From: a virus
Strand: one strand, 5' to 3'
IMG/VR virus record: IMGVR_UViG_3300030090_007212
Coordinates: 64,001 to 128,000 of that record
Length of the DNA stretch: 64,000 nt
Shown here: positions 20,701 to 30,259 of the stretch, in pieces
Layout: every line of letters begins with the position of its first letter
How positions within the stretch are numbered: the stretch's first letter is position 1
Position numbers and translations under genes: made by a program
Notes under the pieces: model-generated
Database searches by the model: none
Told to the model about the DNA's origin: nothing
Seen by the model: the letters and a program-made list of their open reading frames with translations, nothing else

Positions 20701-23700
20701 TTAAGTTAACCCATTAGTTGTATAAGTAAATAATTTATTAGTTTCACTTCCTTTATCATCTTCATATATTGCCAATATTTTAACCTGATTAGGTTTAGAT
20801 TCTAATTTTTTAATAGTATTCCTATTATTTGTCATCAGTGTATCTATCTCATTTAATCTTTGGATTTCATAAGAAGTATTTAAGGACAAACTATCTCTTT
20901 CTGATTGTAATATCCCATTATCAATTTGTAATTGATTTATTCTATCGTAATTTTGTTGATAATTAGAAATATAGGAAGTTAAATCATATTCTTTTTCTTT
21001 TTTATTTTGGGTTTTATTAAGAACGTCTTTAAAATTATTTGGTGTATCTTGTGTCTGTACTTTTACTTTAATTTTTTTATTATCATCTGGAGTGGCAACC
21101 ACTATTTTATTATTATCTTTTTTATTGATATTAATTGTATTATTAGGTGGTGTACCAGTTTCACTACCAGTCTTTTTGGAGTCTTCCTCTTGTTTTACAA
21201 TACCTTCTTGTTTAAGAGAATCAGTAACTTTTAATAATCCTTCAGGTCCTAAAGCATTTTCTTTCATTTGACCTAATTTTAATCCATCTACTATTGTACC
21301 GGTAGACTTATCTACTGAATCTGCCCTAACATCATACATTTCAGTATTTGCGTAAAAATTAAAAGATAATGCATTTTGTAGTCTATTGATTGGGTTTAAT
21401 AAGGAATGTCCCCCTATTAAATCTATAGACATAGTTACATTTGCCATCATAGGTTGTACACCTATACCCGATGGATTCATATCCCATTGTATTCCATTAC
21501 CTGCCTCATACGTAATATTAAGACTATTAATAACTATTTTAGTATGAAAGAAATCTCCAATTCTTAGGATACAAATTGGTGGTCTACCAAATGCTAAATT
21601 TTGTGGTTGTACCGTATCTTTATCATCATATATACTAGGTCCTTGTCTCATACATTGTTGTAAGAAAGTTAATCTAGTATTTAACCCTTCCGGTGTCATA
21701 GAGTGAAAACCAGGATGGAAATATTTTATTTTTTCTGATATAGTAGAAAAATAGTTAGGGAAATTAGCATCAACAAATTCAAAATAACCATTTTCATCAA
21801 TAACTAAACTATCAATAAGTTGTACTTCTTCAGGATAAAACGAAAGGTCACCTAAAGATTGATCTTTATGATTAATATCTTTACCTTTTAACGCATCATT
21901 TTGTACCGTAACCATTACTCTTCTATCACTAGGACTACTAGAAGAAGGTTCACCTTTTCCAATAATTTGTTTACTATAATCCGATGAATTAACTCCAGCA
22001 CTAGTAAGTCCATTATTAATACTTGACCAAACTGCATTTGCTCTTAAAGTACTAATTTGTTGTGAATCTTGTTCATCATCCGATCCCGCAAATCCCTCAA
22101 CAGTAATTTTTACTTTATCTTCACCATTTATAATAGTTTGTATTTTACTTACTACCGAAGCAGTTGAAGAGGGTGTCCATGTATCTGATTCATCAGTATC
22201 GAATTGGAATTCAAAGGTTTCTTTAATAGAGGTTGTATTACTTACTTTTTCTAATTGTATTTCATTATACTTTTTAGTTATTTCGTCTTTTTGATTTTGA
22301 CTAATACTACTATTCTTATCTAAAAATTCTAAAAATTGGGTAGGTGTAATACATCCCGCAAAAAATCTTTCTATTGCATCGGTTCTTTTACCTCTATAAC
22401 CATTAATAACTCTAGGATGATCAACTAATACTTTGAAACTTAATTGACCAGTTCTATTGGTGTTGTTATATGTGAAAACTGGTTCACCTCTTCCAATAAA
22501 GTCTGTTTTATTCCAATTCGCTGCAACACTTTCATCAAATCTTAAATCATAAGGTGGAAACCACATAATTCTTCCTTTATTACCACTTAAAATATCTCCC
22601 GGACCGATTTCATTAAGAGGTAAATCTGCCAAATTATCTGCCCACGCTAAATTTTCTAACGATAACATAAACTTTTTAAATGTAGTTTTAGAATCATCTT
22701 TAGTAGGATGTGTTTTTACAAATCCATTATCATTCAAAACACTTAAAGATGCTTTTTCATTTGTAACCGAAAATCCAGGTAACGTAGGATCTGGCGAAGA
22801 AAATAATCCCGTATTTCTTATAGCATTAAGATAATTGTAATTATCATTAACTGTCCATACTCTACAGAAATTACCATTTGCCTCTGCCTCAATTAAACTA
22901 AATTTACTTATAGCATTTCCTCTACTTATAAGTTTATCTTCTGTTTTGTCTTTAAAATATTTTTTGGTTTGGTTAATCCATACACCATCAGGATGTTCAT
23001 CTACTAATTTTTGTGTTTTATATAATAATGTTTTTTCATTAAAATTAGATTGGTCACCAGTGTTCCAAAAGAATTTTTCATCTACCGTTGTTGTTTTAGT
23101 AGTGTCTGGTGAGTCCAAACCATCTGCCCCATTAAACTCATCACTTTGAAAAACTTGAGTGATTGTTGCCCCTCTATTTGTACTTCTCTCACTACCTATA
23201 TAATATCTACTATTAGTACCTTCTTCTGAAGTTCCTACCATTCTTCTGTCCGTATAATTTGGGACATATAAATTTTGTTGGAAAGATGTTAATAAAAATC
23301 CTACTTGTTGGGCACTAGTTTTTTCTAACAAACTATTCACTCTCGCCTCAGTTGATAAAGAAGGATTAGTATAATTACCTAATTCTGAATTTACTTTTTG
23401 TAATTGAGATGCTATTTGATTATCTTTACTGTTGGAGTTATATTCTTGCCAACCTACCGCATCATTAGATAAAGTGTTAAAATATGATTGTGTCCCATTT
23501 ATACGATTAATATATTCATCTACACCAAATAAACCAGTAGTAATAGAATCAGTTTTATCGGTTTCTACTTGTGCAATTTTATTACTAACAGAAATTTGTA
23601 ATTCTTCACCACCAACTAACCCTAAAGAAGATTCCTTAGTTAAATTTAAATTCTGATATCTATCTATTACCGTATAAGGGTTAACCACACCTTTTTTATC

Positions 23701-24132
23701 ACCTTTATTTATTAAATCAAAATTATCTTCATTATATTGAGTTGGGTAAGGTCCTTTTGGTGGAGTTTCTGTCCATCCCGGTATTGGTGGAATAGGATTT
23801 ATATAATCACTATAACCAATAACACCATAATTGTCATTAAGTGGTGCAAACTGATTATTGTTTACATTTTTTGTATCCCTATAAAATATACCTAAAGGGA
23901 ATAGTTTTTTATCTTCATCGTAATGTAAAGGGATATTTTCATCTTGTGTTCCCCATATAGGAACATTTACTACTTTACCAATATCTTGTAAATAAGTTGT
24001 TAATCCTGCCTGTGATAATGTATCACTTACTGGTGGTGGAAGGTTTCTTCCCAATAACATATCCCTATAATCTGAAGTACTATACGGTCCGAATCCCGCT
24101 AGAGTCTTGTTATAATCTAATATTCCTGGCAT
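20701..24132 (-). CDS. Putative tail-tube initiator/baseplate protein with an inserted OmpA-like domain
   Basis: 1143 aa; 'W....FIGRGEPVFTYNNTNRTGQLSF' and 'PPICILRIGDFF..K.VI.SLNITY..WD' flank an OmpA-C-like segment ('ITVEGFA...ISTLRANAV...GKGE...DRRV'). Confidence 0.7.
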   Translation of the reverse strand: MPGILDYNKTLAGFGPYSTSDYRDMLLGRNLPPPVSDTLSQAGLTTYLQDIGKVVNVPIWGTQDENIPLHYDEDKKLFPLGIFYRDTKNVNNNQFAPLNDNYGVIGYSDYINPIPPIPGWTETPPKGPYPTQYNEDNFDLINKGDKKGVVNPYTVIDRYQNLNLTKESSLGLVGGEELQISVSNKIAQVETDKTDSITTGLFGVDEYINRINGTQSYFNTLSNDAVGWQEYNSNSKDNQIASQLQKVNSELGNYTNPSLSTEARVNSLLEKTSAQQVGFLLTSFQQNLYVPNYTDRRMVGTSEEGTNSRYYIGSERSTNRGATITQVFQSDEFNGADGLDSPDTTKTTTVDEKFFWNTGDQSNFNEKTLLYKTQKLVDEHPDGVWINQTKKYFKDKTEDKLISRGNAISKFSLIEAEANGNFCRVWTVNDNYNYLNAIRNTGLFSSPDPTLPGFSVTNEKASLSVLNDNGFVKTHPTKDDSKTTFKKFMLSLENLAWADNLADLPLNEIGPGDILSGNKGRIMWFPPYDLRFDESVAANWNKTDFIGRGEPVFTYNNTNRTGQLSFKVLVDHPRVINGYRGKRTDAIERFFAGCITPTQFLEFLDKNSSISQNQKDEITKKYNEIQLEKVSNTTSIKETFEFQFDTDESDTWTPSSTASVVSKIQTIINGEDKVKITVEGFAGSDDEQDSQQISTLRANAVWSSINNGLTSAGVNSSDYSKQIIGKGEPSSSSPSDRRVMVTVQNDALKGKDINHKDQSLGDLSFYPEEVQLIDSLVIDENGYFEFVDANFPNYFSTISEKIKYFHPGFHSMTPEGLNTRLTFLQQCMRQGPSIYDDKDTVQPQNLAFGRPPICILRIGDFFHTKIVINSLNITYEAGNGIQWDMNPSGIGVQPMMANVTMSIDLIGGHSLLNPINRLQNALSFNFYANTEMYDVRADSVDKSTGTIVDGLKLGQMKENALGPEGLLKVTDSLKQEGIVKQEEDSKKTGSETGTPPNNTININKKDNNKIVVATPDDNKKIKVKVQTQDTPNNFKDVLNKTQNKKEKEYDLTSYISNYQQNYDRINQLQIDNGILQSERDSLSLNTSYEIQRLNEIDTLMTNNRNTIKKLESKPNQVKILAIYEDDKGSETNKLFTYTTNGLT

Positions 24133-24332
24133 ATTTATACTTTATATATAAATATTTAAACAAGAAATTCCAGGAAAATTATTATGAACTTTATTATAAC
24201 AAGATAATTTATTATATTTGTTCTTGTTATTTTTTAATATTTTTAAACTGTTTATATTTGGTCCTTATAATAGTACAGAAAATTTTCTTCAAAGTAAAGT
24301 GTTTACACTTAAAAAAATAATTTTTTTTTCAA

Positions 24333-26282
24333 TTAAGAATCGTAAACTTGTTTTGATGTTATAGTACCACCATTTCTATCTTTTTGATTAATAATGTCTA
24401 CAACCATTTTTCTTAATTCTGGTGCTTTAATGGATGCTATTGCACCTGATGCTCCGGTTATTCTTATTTCCCCATTTAAATTAACGTTAGTAGGTGAGGT
24501 ATTGGTAGATGTATTATTAATTGCTTGATTTAATAATTTGTCAATTACACCACCTTTTTTAGCACCTAATACGTCATCTTGAGATGTAAAACTACTATGT
24601 CTACCATCATTCCTTGATAAAAAATCACTGTCAGTATCCGTTGTATTAGGCATAGGTGAAGTTGTATCTTCTATAGTGGTATTAGGACTAATAACTTTTA
24701 AGTCACCGGTTACTTTATCTATTGTAATAGTCTGAGGATTATTAATATCTATTGCTGACCCGCTTAATAAATCTACTATGTTGTTTATTGATTTAGACAT
24801 TTCATCGTCAAATACTGCACCTTGACTAAACATTTTTTCCATTTGTTCTGCCAAAAGGCTTTGATCGAAACTTTCTTTTATTTTTTCTAAACTAGTGGTA
24901 AGAGCAGAATTCAAAGAGGATATAGTTTTAACAGAAGACTCCTCCATTTGTCTATACACATCGATATCTTTAACAAATCCCAATTCAAATGCTTTTTCCA
25001 TATTCTGCAATCTTTGATTTGTAGTCTGTGCTTCATATAACATTGATCCCATATAATCCTCTTCGTTTTGAGGTGCTTTCAATATCATTTCTGCATGACC
25101 ACTTGTTAAATCTTCTAACGCCTTAGTTTGTTTTTCACCATTTTCATCCACAAAATCTACTACCATTTGTCCATCTTGCATTCTCGCCATATTACCAATA
25201 CCCTCCATTTCTTCATCAGTAAACATCCCTTTACTTGATAATAATGTTTTAGCATCATTTAATTTGGCTGTTTGACGAGCCATTTCAGTCATTTTTTGAA
25301 CATCAATACCTAATTGATCACCTGCGGATTTTAATTGCATTCTGGCTTCTGCGGGTAATTCATATTCACCTGTTACCTCATTAAATTGTAACATGTTTTC
25401 TGTCATATCCGACAACCTTTTTGCTAATTCTTCTGGTTTATTTCGGGCTAAATACATAGTTTCGAAAGGATCACCAAACGCTTCTGCTATATCTCCCCCT
25501 AACATTTGTAAATTCGCTGCTGCCTCAATTGCTGCTTCAGGTTGGTAAAATTTATCTGCCATTCCAATAACATCGGCAATATCCAATCTCATTTTAACTG
25601 CTTGTTTTGCCATTTCAGTCATACCTTTAACTCCATTAGCAAAAGAATATGACTGGAGAGAATTCATATTTTTTGATAATTCTTTCATCACTTTAGACGA
25701 ATTTAACCCTATTTTCTGTGACGAAATAACTACATCTTCCATACTTTTACTTGCGGATTCATTAGAAATACCCATCATTTCTAACGTTTCAAATAATTGA
25801 GCACTTTCTGTACCCATAAGATTAGTTGCTGCACCTAATTTATAGATATTTGCTACCTCTTCTTCACCTAAAATTCTTACTCTACCAGAAGAATCTGCAA
25901 AATCTTGATAGATAGCTTGCACATCTCCCATATCACCACCAAACTCTTTTATAATTGCAGCAGCACCTTTAAATTGGGTACTTAAATCTGCCGTGCGGTG
26001 TACAGATAAACCTATACTTATGGAAGTTTCTTTATATTTTTCCGCTAATTGTTCAGCTAACTTATATTGTCTACCGGTGTCGTAGGTAAACTCTTTCATA
26101 CTTTTCACCATACTAGACACCGTATCTTTATAGTCTTTTAGAATATTTTTACTCTTACCAATATTAGAACTGAAGTTTTCCGCCTCTCTATTAAGGTTTT
26201 TCATATCAACCCTTAACTGATCGATTTCGGCTCTTAAAATTTTTATCTGTTCATCAGGTGGTAAAGTATCAAATGCTGCCAT
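24333..26282 (-). CDS. Tail tape measure protein
   Basis: 649 aa, helical, A/M/Q/E-rich; lies between the tail chaperone genes and the baseplate genes. Confidence 0.75.
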   Translation of the reverse strand: MAAFDTLPPDEQIKILRAEIDQLRVDMKNLNREAENFSSNIGKSKNILKDYKDTVSSMVKSMKEFTYDTGRQYKLAEQLAEKYKETSISIGLSVHRTADLSTQFKGAAAIIKEFGGDMGDVQAIYQDFADSSGRVRILGEEEVANIYKLGAATNLMGTESAQLFETLEMMGISNESASKSMEDVVISSQKIGLNSSKVMKELSKNMNSLQSYSFANGVKGMTEMAKQAVKMRLDIADVIGMADKFYQPEAAIEAAANLQMLGGDIAEAFGDPFETMYLARNKPEELAKRLSDMTENMLQFNEVTGEYELPAEARMQLKSAGDQLGIDVQKMTEMARQTAKLNDAKTLLSSKGMFTDEEMEGIGNMARMQDGQMVVDFVDENGEKQTKALEDLTSGHAEMILKAPQNEEDYMGSMLYEAQTTNQRLQNMEKAFELGFVKDIDVYRQMEESSVKTISSLNSALTTSLEKIKESFDQSLLAEQMEKMFSQGAVFDDEMSKSINNIVDLLSGSAIDINNPQTITIDKVTGDLKVISPNTTIEDTTSPMPNTTDTDSDFLSRNDGRHSSFTSQDDVLGAKKGGVIDKLLNQAINNTSTNTSPTNVNLNGEIRITGASGAIASIKAPELRKMVVDIINQKDRNGGTITSKQVYDS

Positions 26283-26407
26283 TACTTATTTTTTTGTTTT
26301 TTAATATTTTTATCTATTTTTTGATTCTTAACTTTATCTTTTTTTAAGTTTTTTAATATTTTTTCAAATCTTTCTATTTCTTTATTTATAATTGTTGAAC
26401 CAAACAT
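26282..26407 (-). CDS. Small basic ORF (41 aa) translationally coupled to the tape measure gene
   Basis: MFGSTIINKEIERFEKILKNLKKDKVKNQKIDKNIKKQKNK; its TAA overlaps the tape measure ATG (TAATG). Below the ORF-track length cutoff. Confidence 0.45.
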   Translation of the reverse strand: MFGSTIINKEIERFEKILKNLKKDKVKNQKIDKNIKKQKNK

Positions 26408-26408
26408 A

Positions 26409-26876
26409 TTACTTTTTTTTTCGTATAGAATAATTAATAGATTCTTCAGGACCTATAAGTTTTTCTCTCCCTCTTCTATATATTAAAAGACCCTTTTCTC
26501 TTTGTTTTTTAAAATCCTTCAAAGTAGAGTAATAAAGTCTAATTACAAATGTTTTAGGCATACTAGATGTGCGCAAGTCCATATAATTATTATTACCATT
26601 AACCACTTTAAAATACATTAAACCTTTTAATTTTCGGTCAAAATTTTCAATACCATACTTAGGTAATTGTAATTCAAATTCCCCATCAAAATCAATTTCT
26701 ATATATGAAAACCCTAAAGAGTTCTTATGTAAAGAACGTTTTAATTCTTGCACCTCATCATACATTTTTCGTAATTGTTTAGACTGTGAGGGACTTTCTT
26801 TAAGTAATAAAGTAATATTATTATTAATTTCTTTTATTAATTTATTATAATACTCTATTTTATCATTAGATTTCAT
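26409..26876 (-). CDS. Hypothetical protein with an LxE-type leader
   Basis: 155 aa; LIKE...LLLKE leader; TATTTATA upstream at 26890-26897. Confidence 0.75.
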   Translation of the reverse strand: MKSNDKIEYYNKLIKEINNNITLLLKESPSQSKQLRKMYDEVQELKRSLHKNSLGFSYIEIDFDGEFELQLPKYGIENFDRKLKGLMYFKVVNGNNNYMDLRTSSMPKTFVIRLYYSTLKDFKKQREKGLLIYRRGREKLIGPEESINYSIRKKK

Positions 26877-26911
26877 ATATATCTTTATATATAAATATCT
26901 ATTCTCTAAAA

Positions 26912-27121
26912 TTAATCTTCTTTAGGTGTTAAATAATTTATATAATATCTACGGATATGGGTAGACATCATCATAGTGTCAGAATACGAAAATCCTTTAT
27001 GAACTAAAAATAATTGTTCATTTAATAAATTTTGGTAGTAATGTTTAGATTTCAGGATACCAAAAATTCCTTCCCAATCTAAGAAAGCAACCAACGGACC
27101 CTCCCCCCTGAGTCCGAGCAT
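26912..27121 (-). CDS. Probable frameshift extension (gpT-like) of the tail assembly chaperone
   Basis: Overlaps the end of 27045-27815 in the +1/-2 frame; C-terminal 'LVHKGFSYSDTMMMSTHIRRYY' resembles GT-type chaperone tails; upstream of the tape measure gene. Confidence 0.6.
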   Translation of the reverse strand: MLGLRGEGPLVAFLDWEGIFGILKSKHYYQNLLNEQLFLVHKGFSYSDTMMMSTHIRRYYINYLTPKED

Positions 27122-27815
27122 TAGTTTCTAAATTTATTCCCGGTTCTATTTCCCCAATATATTTATTAAACTTTCGTATTTCTATAAGGTTTAATGTTTT
27201 CAATATATGAGATATTTTCATTTTATCTCTTTCCCCATCTATCTCCATAATAGAACGTTCTAATCTTAATGTAGTATTAGTAGAAATACCCCCATTCTTT
27301 TCTTTTTGTTTTTGATCGATATTTTCTATTTCTTTTTCGTCTTTATGAGTTAGTAATCTAAACTTAATTTTTTTATTAGTTTTAGTAAAAATATAATCAA
27401 ATTCCCCTTTTTCATCAGGTTTAACATTTAAATTTTTCATTTTAAGTTCACTTAAATCTATAATTCCTTCTACTAAATTTCTATCTTCATCAAAAACAGT
27501 TTGGTAGTATTCATTACCTAATCCTGTAGTCCTTAAAAATAATAAAATTGCCATTCTATCCCCACTTAATAGTTCATCATGATCAAAACCCAATTCTTTT
27601 ACTTTCCTTTCTATTAAAACATCTAATGCTTTACCATTAGATAAAAGATTAGGGGAAGTTAAAATATTTTCATCATAAGCAGTCATATATTCTACCTTAA
27701 CTGACGATTTTTTATTCTTATATAAAAGACCTTGAGAAGGTAAATCTATAACATCAAAAGGGACTTTATATTCTTCCGGAACATAATTCGGATCAACAAA
27801 CATTTTCTTTTCCAT
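27045..27815 (-). CDS. Tail/baseplate hub assembly chaperone (T4 gp26-like)
   Basis: 256 aa; 'IDLPSQGLLY', 'YMTAYDENILTS', 'GDRMAILLFLR', 'IKFRLLT', ending 'NFWYPEI'. Confidence 0.8.
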   Translation of the reverse strand: MEKKMFVDPNYVPEEYKVPFDVIDLPSQGLLYKNKKSSVKVEYMTAYDENILTSPNLLSNGKALDVLIERKVKELGFDHDELLSGDRMAILLFLRTTGLGNEYYQTVFDEDRNLVEGIIDLSELKMKNLNVKPDEKGEFDYIFTKTNKKIKFRLLTHKDEKEIENIDQKQKEKNGGISTNTTLRLERSIMEIDGERDKMKISHILKTLNLIEIRKFNKYIGEIEPGINLETNARTQGGGSVGCFLRLGRNFWYPEI

Positions 27816-27860
27816 AAAACTAATTTAATATATTATATAAATATAGTAAATAGTAAAATT

Positions 27861-29453
27861 TTACCAATTTCTAGTATTATCTATTACCTCAATGTTAACC
27901 TCTTCTACTTTTTGATTTTTGATACATTCTGCCTTTGCGTTTTCGATTGCACTTTTCCAATTTTCCCCCTGCTCTCCAGACAGACTCATCATACCATCAA
28001 AAACCTTTTCAGAATCTCTTTTATAACCAGTAATTTGTTCGTCACTGAGACCGGGCGTATTAATTATAATCTGTTGAATTTCTGCTGTCTCTTCCTCAAT
28101 TACCCCCATACTCATTGCTGATAGTATTTGAGAATCAGTTTTATCATTAATATTTTTGCAGTTAATTATGGGATGTTGACCACTAGCAATCTTCTCAAAA
28201 TTACTTATTGTTTTCTTAATTACGTTAGATTTTGCAGTCGCTAAATTATACTTATTATCTGTTGCCCTTTCTAAAGCATCATTAAGACCTTTCATTGCTT
28301 CTTCGGCTACCTCCTTAGCATCGGGCATAAATTTGGCGAAAATATTTGCCCATTCATCAAACACTGCTCTGACAGGATTTTGCCCTTTTCTGGCTGCATC
28401 AATTCCGATGTATGCTGAATACAAACCTGCCGGAATTACTACAATTCTCATAATATAAAAGGGAAGTAGACCTGCATAATCACTATAAGGATATTTTAAA
28501 TAAGCTTTAAAAGGCCCTGTAATAGCACTTTTTGTACCACTCCAGATTTTTTGCAGTCTGGTTTTTTCTTCGATATCTGGCATATCATCTATTTTTTCTT
28601 TTATTTTATCAACATTTACACCTGTACCCTCTATAGGTCCTTTAGGATTATTCTGTATATTGATGTTCTCAACATGTGCACCCTCTTGAATAATAAAAAC
28701 ATTACTCCCCTCACTCTGCACTTTATTGGCTTCATTAGCAATAGCTGTCATATTTTCCTCTGTGGCTACTACAGTTTTACCATCTAATTCATCTAAAGAT
28801 TTACCTTTGGGGTCAACTACCTCATCTACTTTAGGTTTAGTAGGTTCAACCTCCCTCTTCTTAGGATCTACATTTTCAAATTCACCTTTTTCATTTTTCT
28901 TGTATTGATCAACTTTACCAGTTCCATCAGTTTTAGTTATTAATATTTCATCACCTACTTTTTCCACTTCTATTTTGGTAGGATTCATTTCTATTACTTT
29001 TGACCCACCTAAAGCTTCACTGTATAATTCTACTACAGTTTCTCTCATTCCACCTTCGGTGGGTACATCTTTAAGGGCCGCTATAAAAGCATCTTTATCC
29101 ACATTTTTTAACTGACCAGTATTTGCCATATAATCTAAACTTTTAATAAAACTATTTACCTTCACTAAATCTACAGCTGCCGGTACAAGTTGTTTCCAAA
29201 CATTAGGAAATTCATCAATATGTTTACTTAAATCGTCAAAAGTACCTATTTTAAAATTTAAATAATCAGTAAGAATTTTAGGATCAATAGTTTTTAGCCC
29301 AGCAGTAAATGCTCTCTTTAATGATTGAAATGGCCTTCTCTGTTCGTGTAACATAGAGGTATTTTTTACTAGATTACCATATAATCTCTCTTCTGAAAAT
29401 AGGGATTTCATTCTTGAAATCTCTTCATTTAATGTTTTTATTTTATTTTTCAT
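27861..29453 (-). CDS. Leader-bearing protein with a shared ~150 aa module and a membrane-segment C-terminal region
   Basis: 530 aa; leader ending LHEQ; residues ~37-186 are paralogous to 33905-35221; hydrophobic segment GLLPFYIMRIVVIPAGLYSAYIGI. Confidence 0.8.
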   Translation of the reverse strand: MKNKIKTLNEEISRMKSLFSEERLYGNLVKNTSMLHEQRRPFQSLKRAFTAGLKTIDPKILTDYLNFKIGTFDDLSKHIDEFPNVWKQLVPAAVDLVKVNSFIKSLDYMANTGQLKNVDKDAFIAALKDVPTEGGMRETVVELYSEALGGSKVIEMNPTKIEVEKVGDEILITKTDGTGKVDQYKKNEKGEFENVDPKKREVEPTKPKVDEVVDPKGKSLDELDGKTVVATEENMTAIANEANKVQSEGSNVFIIQEGAHVENINIQNNPKGPIEGTGVNVDKIKEKIDDMPDIEEKTRLQKIWSGTKSAITGPFKAYLKYPYSDYAGLLPFYIMRIVVIPAGLYSAYIGIDAARKGQNPVRAVFDEWANIFAKFMPDAKEVAEEAMKGLNDALERATDNKYNLATAKSNVIKKTISNFEKIASGQHPIINCKNINDKTDSQILSAMSMGVIEEETAEIQQIIINTPGLSDEQITGYKRDSEKVFDGMMSLSGEQGENWKSAIENAKAECIKNQKVEEVNIEVIDNTRNW

Positions 29454-29462
29454 CTTTTTTTT

Positions 29463-30104
29463 TTAATATCCTAAATCTGCTTTAGTTAACACGTGGTTAG
29501 TATTTCTTAACTCAGAAATTTTAACTAAAGGGTTACCTGAATTATCTAAAATCATAAAATCATCTCCTAATGTTTTAGTATCTATTCTTTTAGGGTTGTC
29601 GGTAGAATATACACCAGAATAAGTGAGATTTTTATAATTCAATATTATATTTGAGGGGTCACTATCATCACATTCAAATTTACCATCATATTGGACTTGA
29701 GCAAATTCTTTAGTACCATTTACTGCTTTTTGTAAAACACTTAAGGTATCAATATAAGTCATTCTCCCATTATCCCAAAAAGTGTAATTCATATCAGGAT
29801 AATTTCTTCCCTTATGTGTAATGTTACCAACAGAATGCATTAAATAACAATTTCCTACACCAGAATGTTTTTTAATAGTTATATTATTACTATCAATACC
29901 CTGTTGTGTCATCCATTTCTTAACGCATTGTAAAAAAGGTTTATTTTCACATCCTGCACTCGATGTTCTTTGTTCACTTTTATTATAAACTACATAACCC
30001 GCCTTCTCTAATTGTTTCTCACAATCCGCATGAGATTGTTCATTTAGACCCATTAAATGTCTTATCTGATTTATTTCGGTTATAATATTTTTTTTATTCT
30101 TCAT
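29463..30104 (-). CDS. Leader-bearing hypothetical protein
   Basis: 213 aa; begins MKNKKNIITEINQIRHLMGLNEQ. Confidence 0.8.
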   Translation of the reverse strand: MKNKKNIITEINQIRHLMGLNEQSHADCEKQLEKAGYVVYNKSEQRTSSAGCENKPFLQCVKKWMTQQGIDSNNITIKKHSGVGNCYLMHSVGNITHKGRNYPDMNYTFWDNGRMTYIDTLSVLQKAVNGTKEFAQVQYDGKFECDDSDPSNIILNYKNLTYSGVYSTDNPKRIDTKTLGDDFMILDNSGNPLVKISELRNTNHVLTKADLGY

Positions 30105-30255
30105 CTTTTTCTATAATGTTTAAAATCCTTTCAAATTCCTTAATATCCTCATTAATAAATATATCTTGTTCTGAATTAAAACCATATTCTATAATATAAT
30201 TCTTATATTTATCCAGTTTTTCTTTTATTTCAATTAGAGTTATGTTATTTTCCAT
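30094..30255 (-). CDS. Small hypothetical protein (53 aa)
   Basis: MENNITLIEIKEKLDKYKNYIIEYGFNSEQDIFINEDIKEFERILNIIEKDEE; fills the gap between its neighbours; translated by hand. Confidence 0.55.
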   Translation of the reverse strand: MENNITLIEIKEKLDKYKNYIIEYGFNSEQDIFINEDIKEFERILNIIEKDEE

Positions 30256-30259
30256 TATG

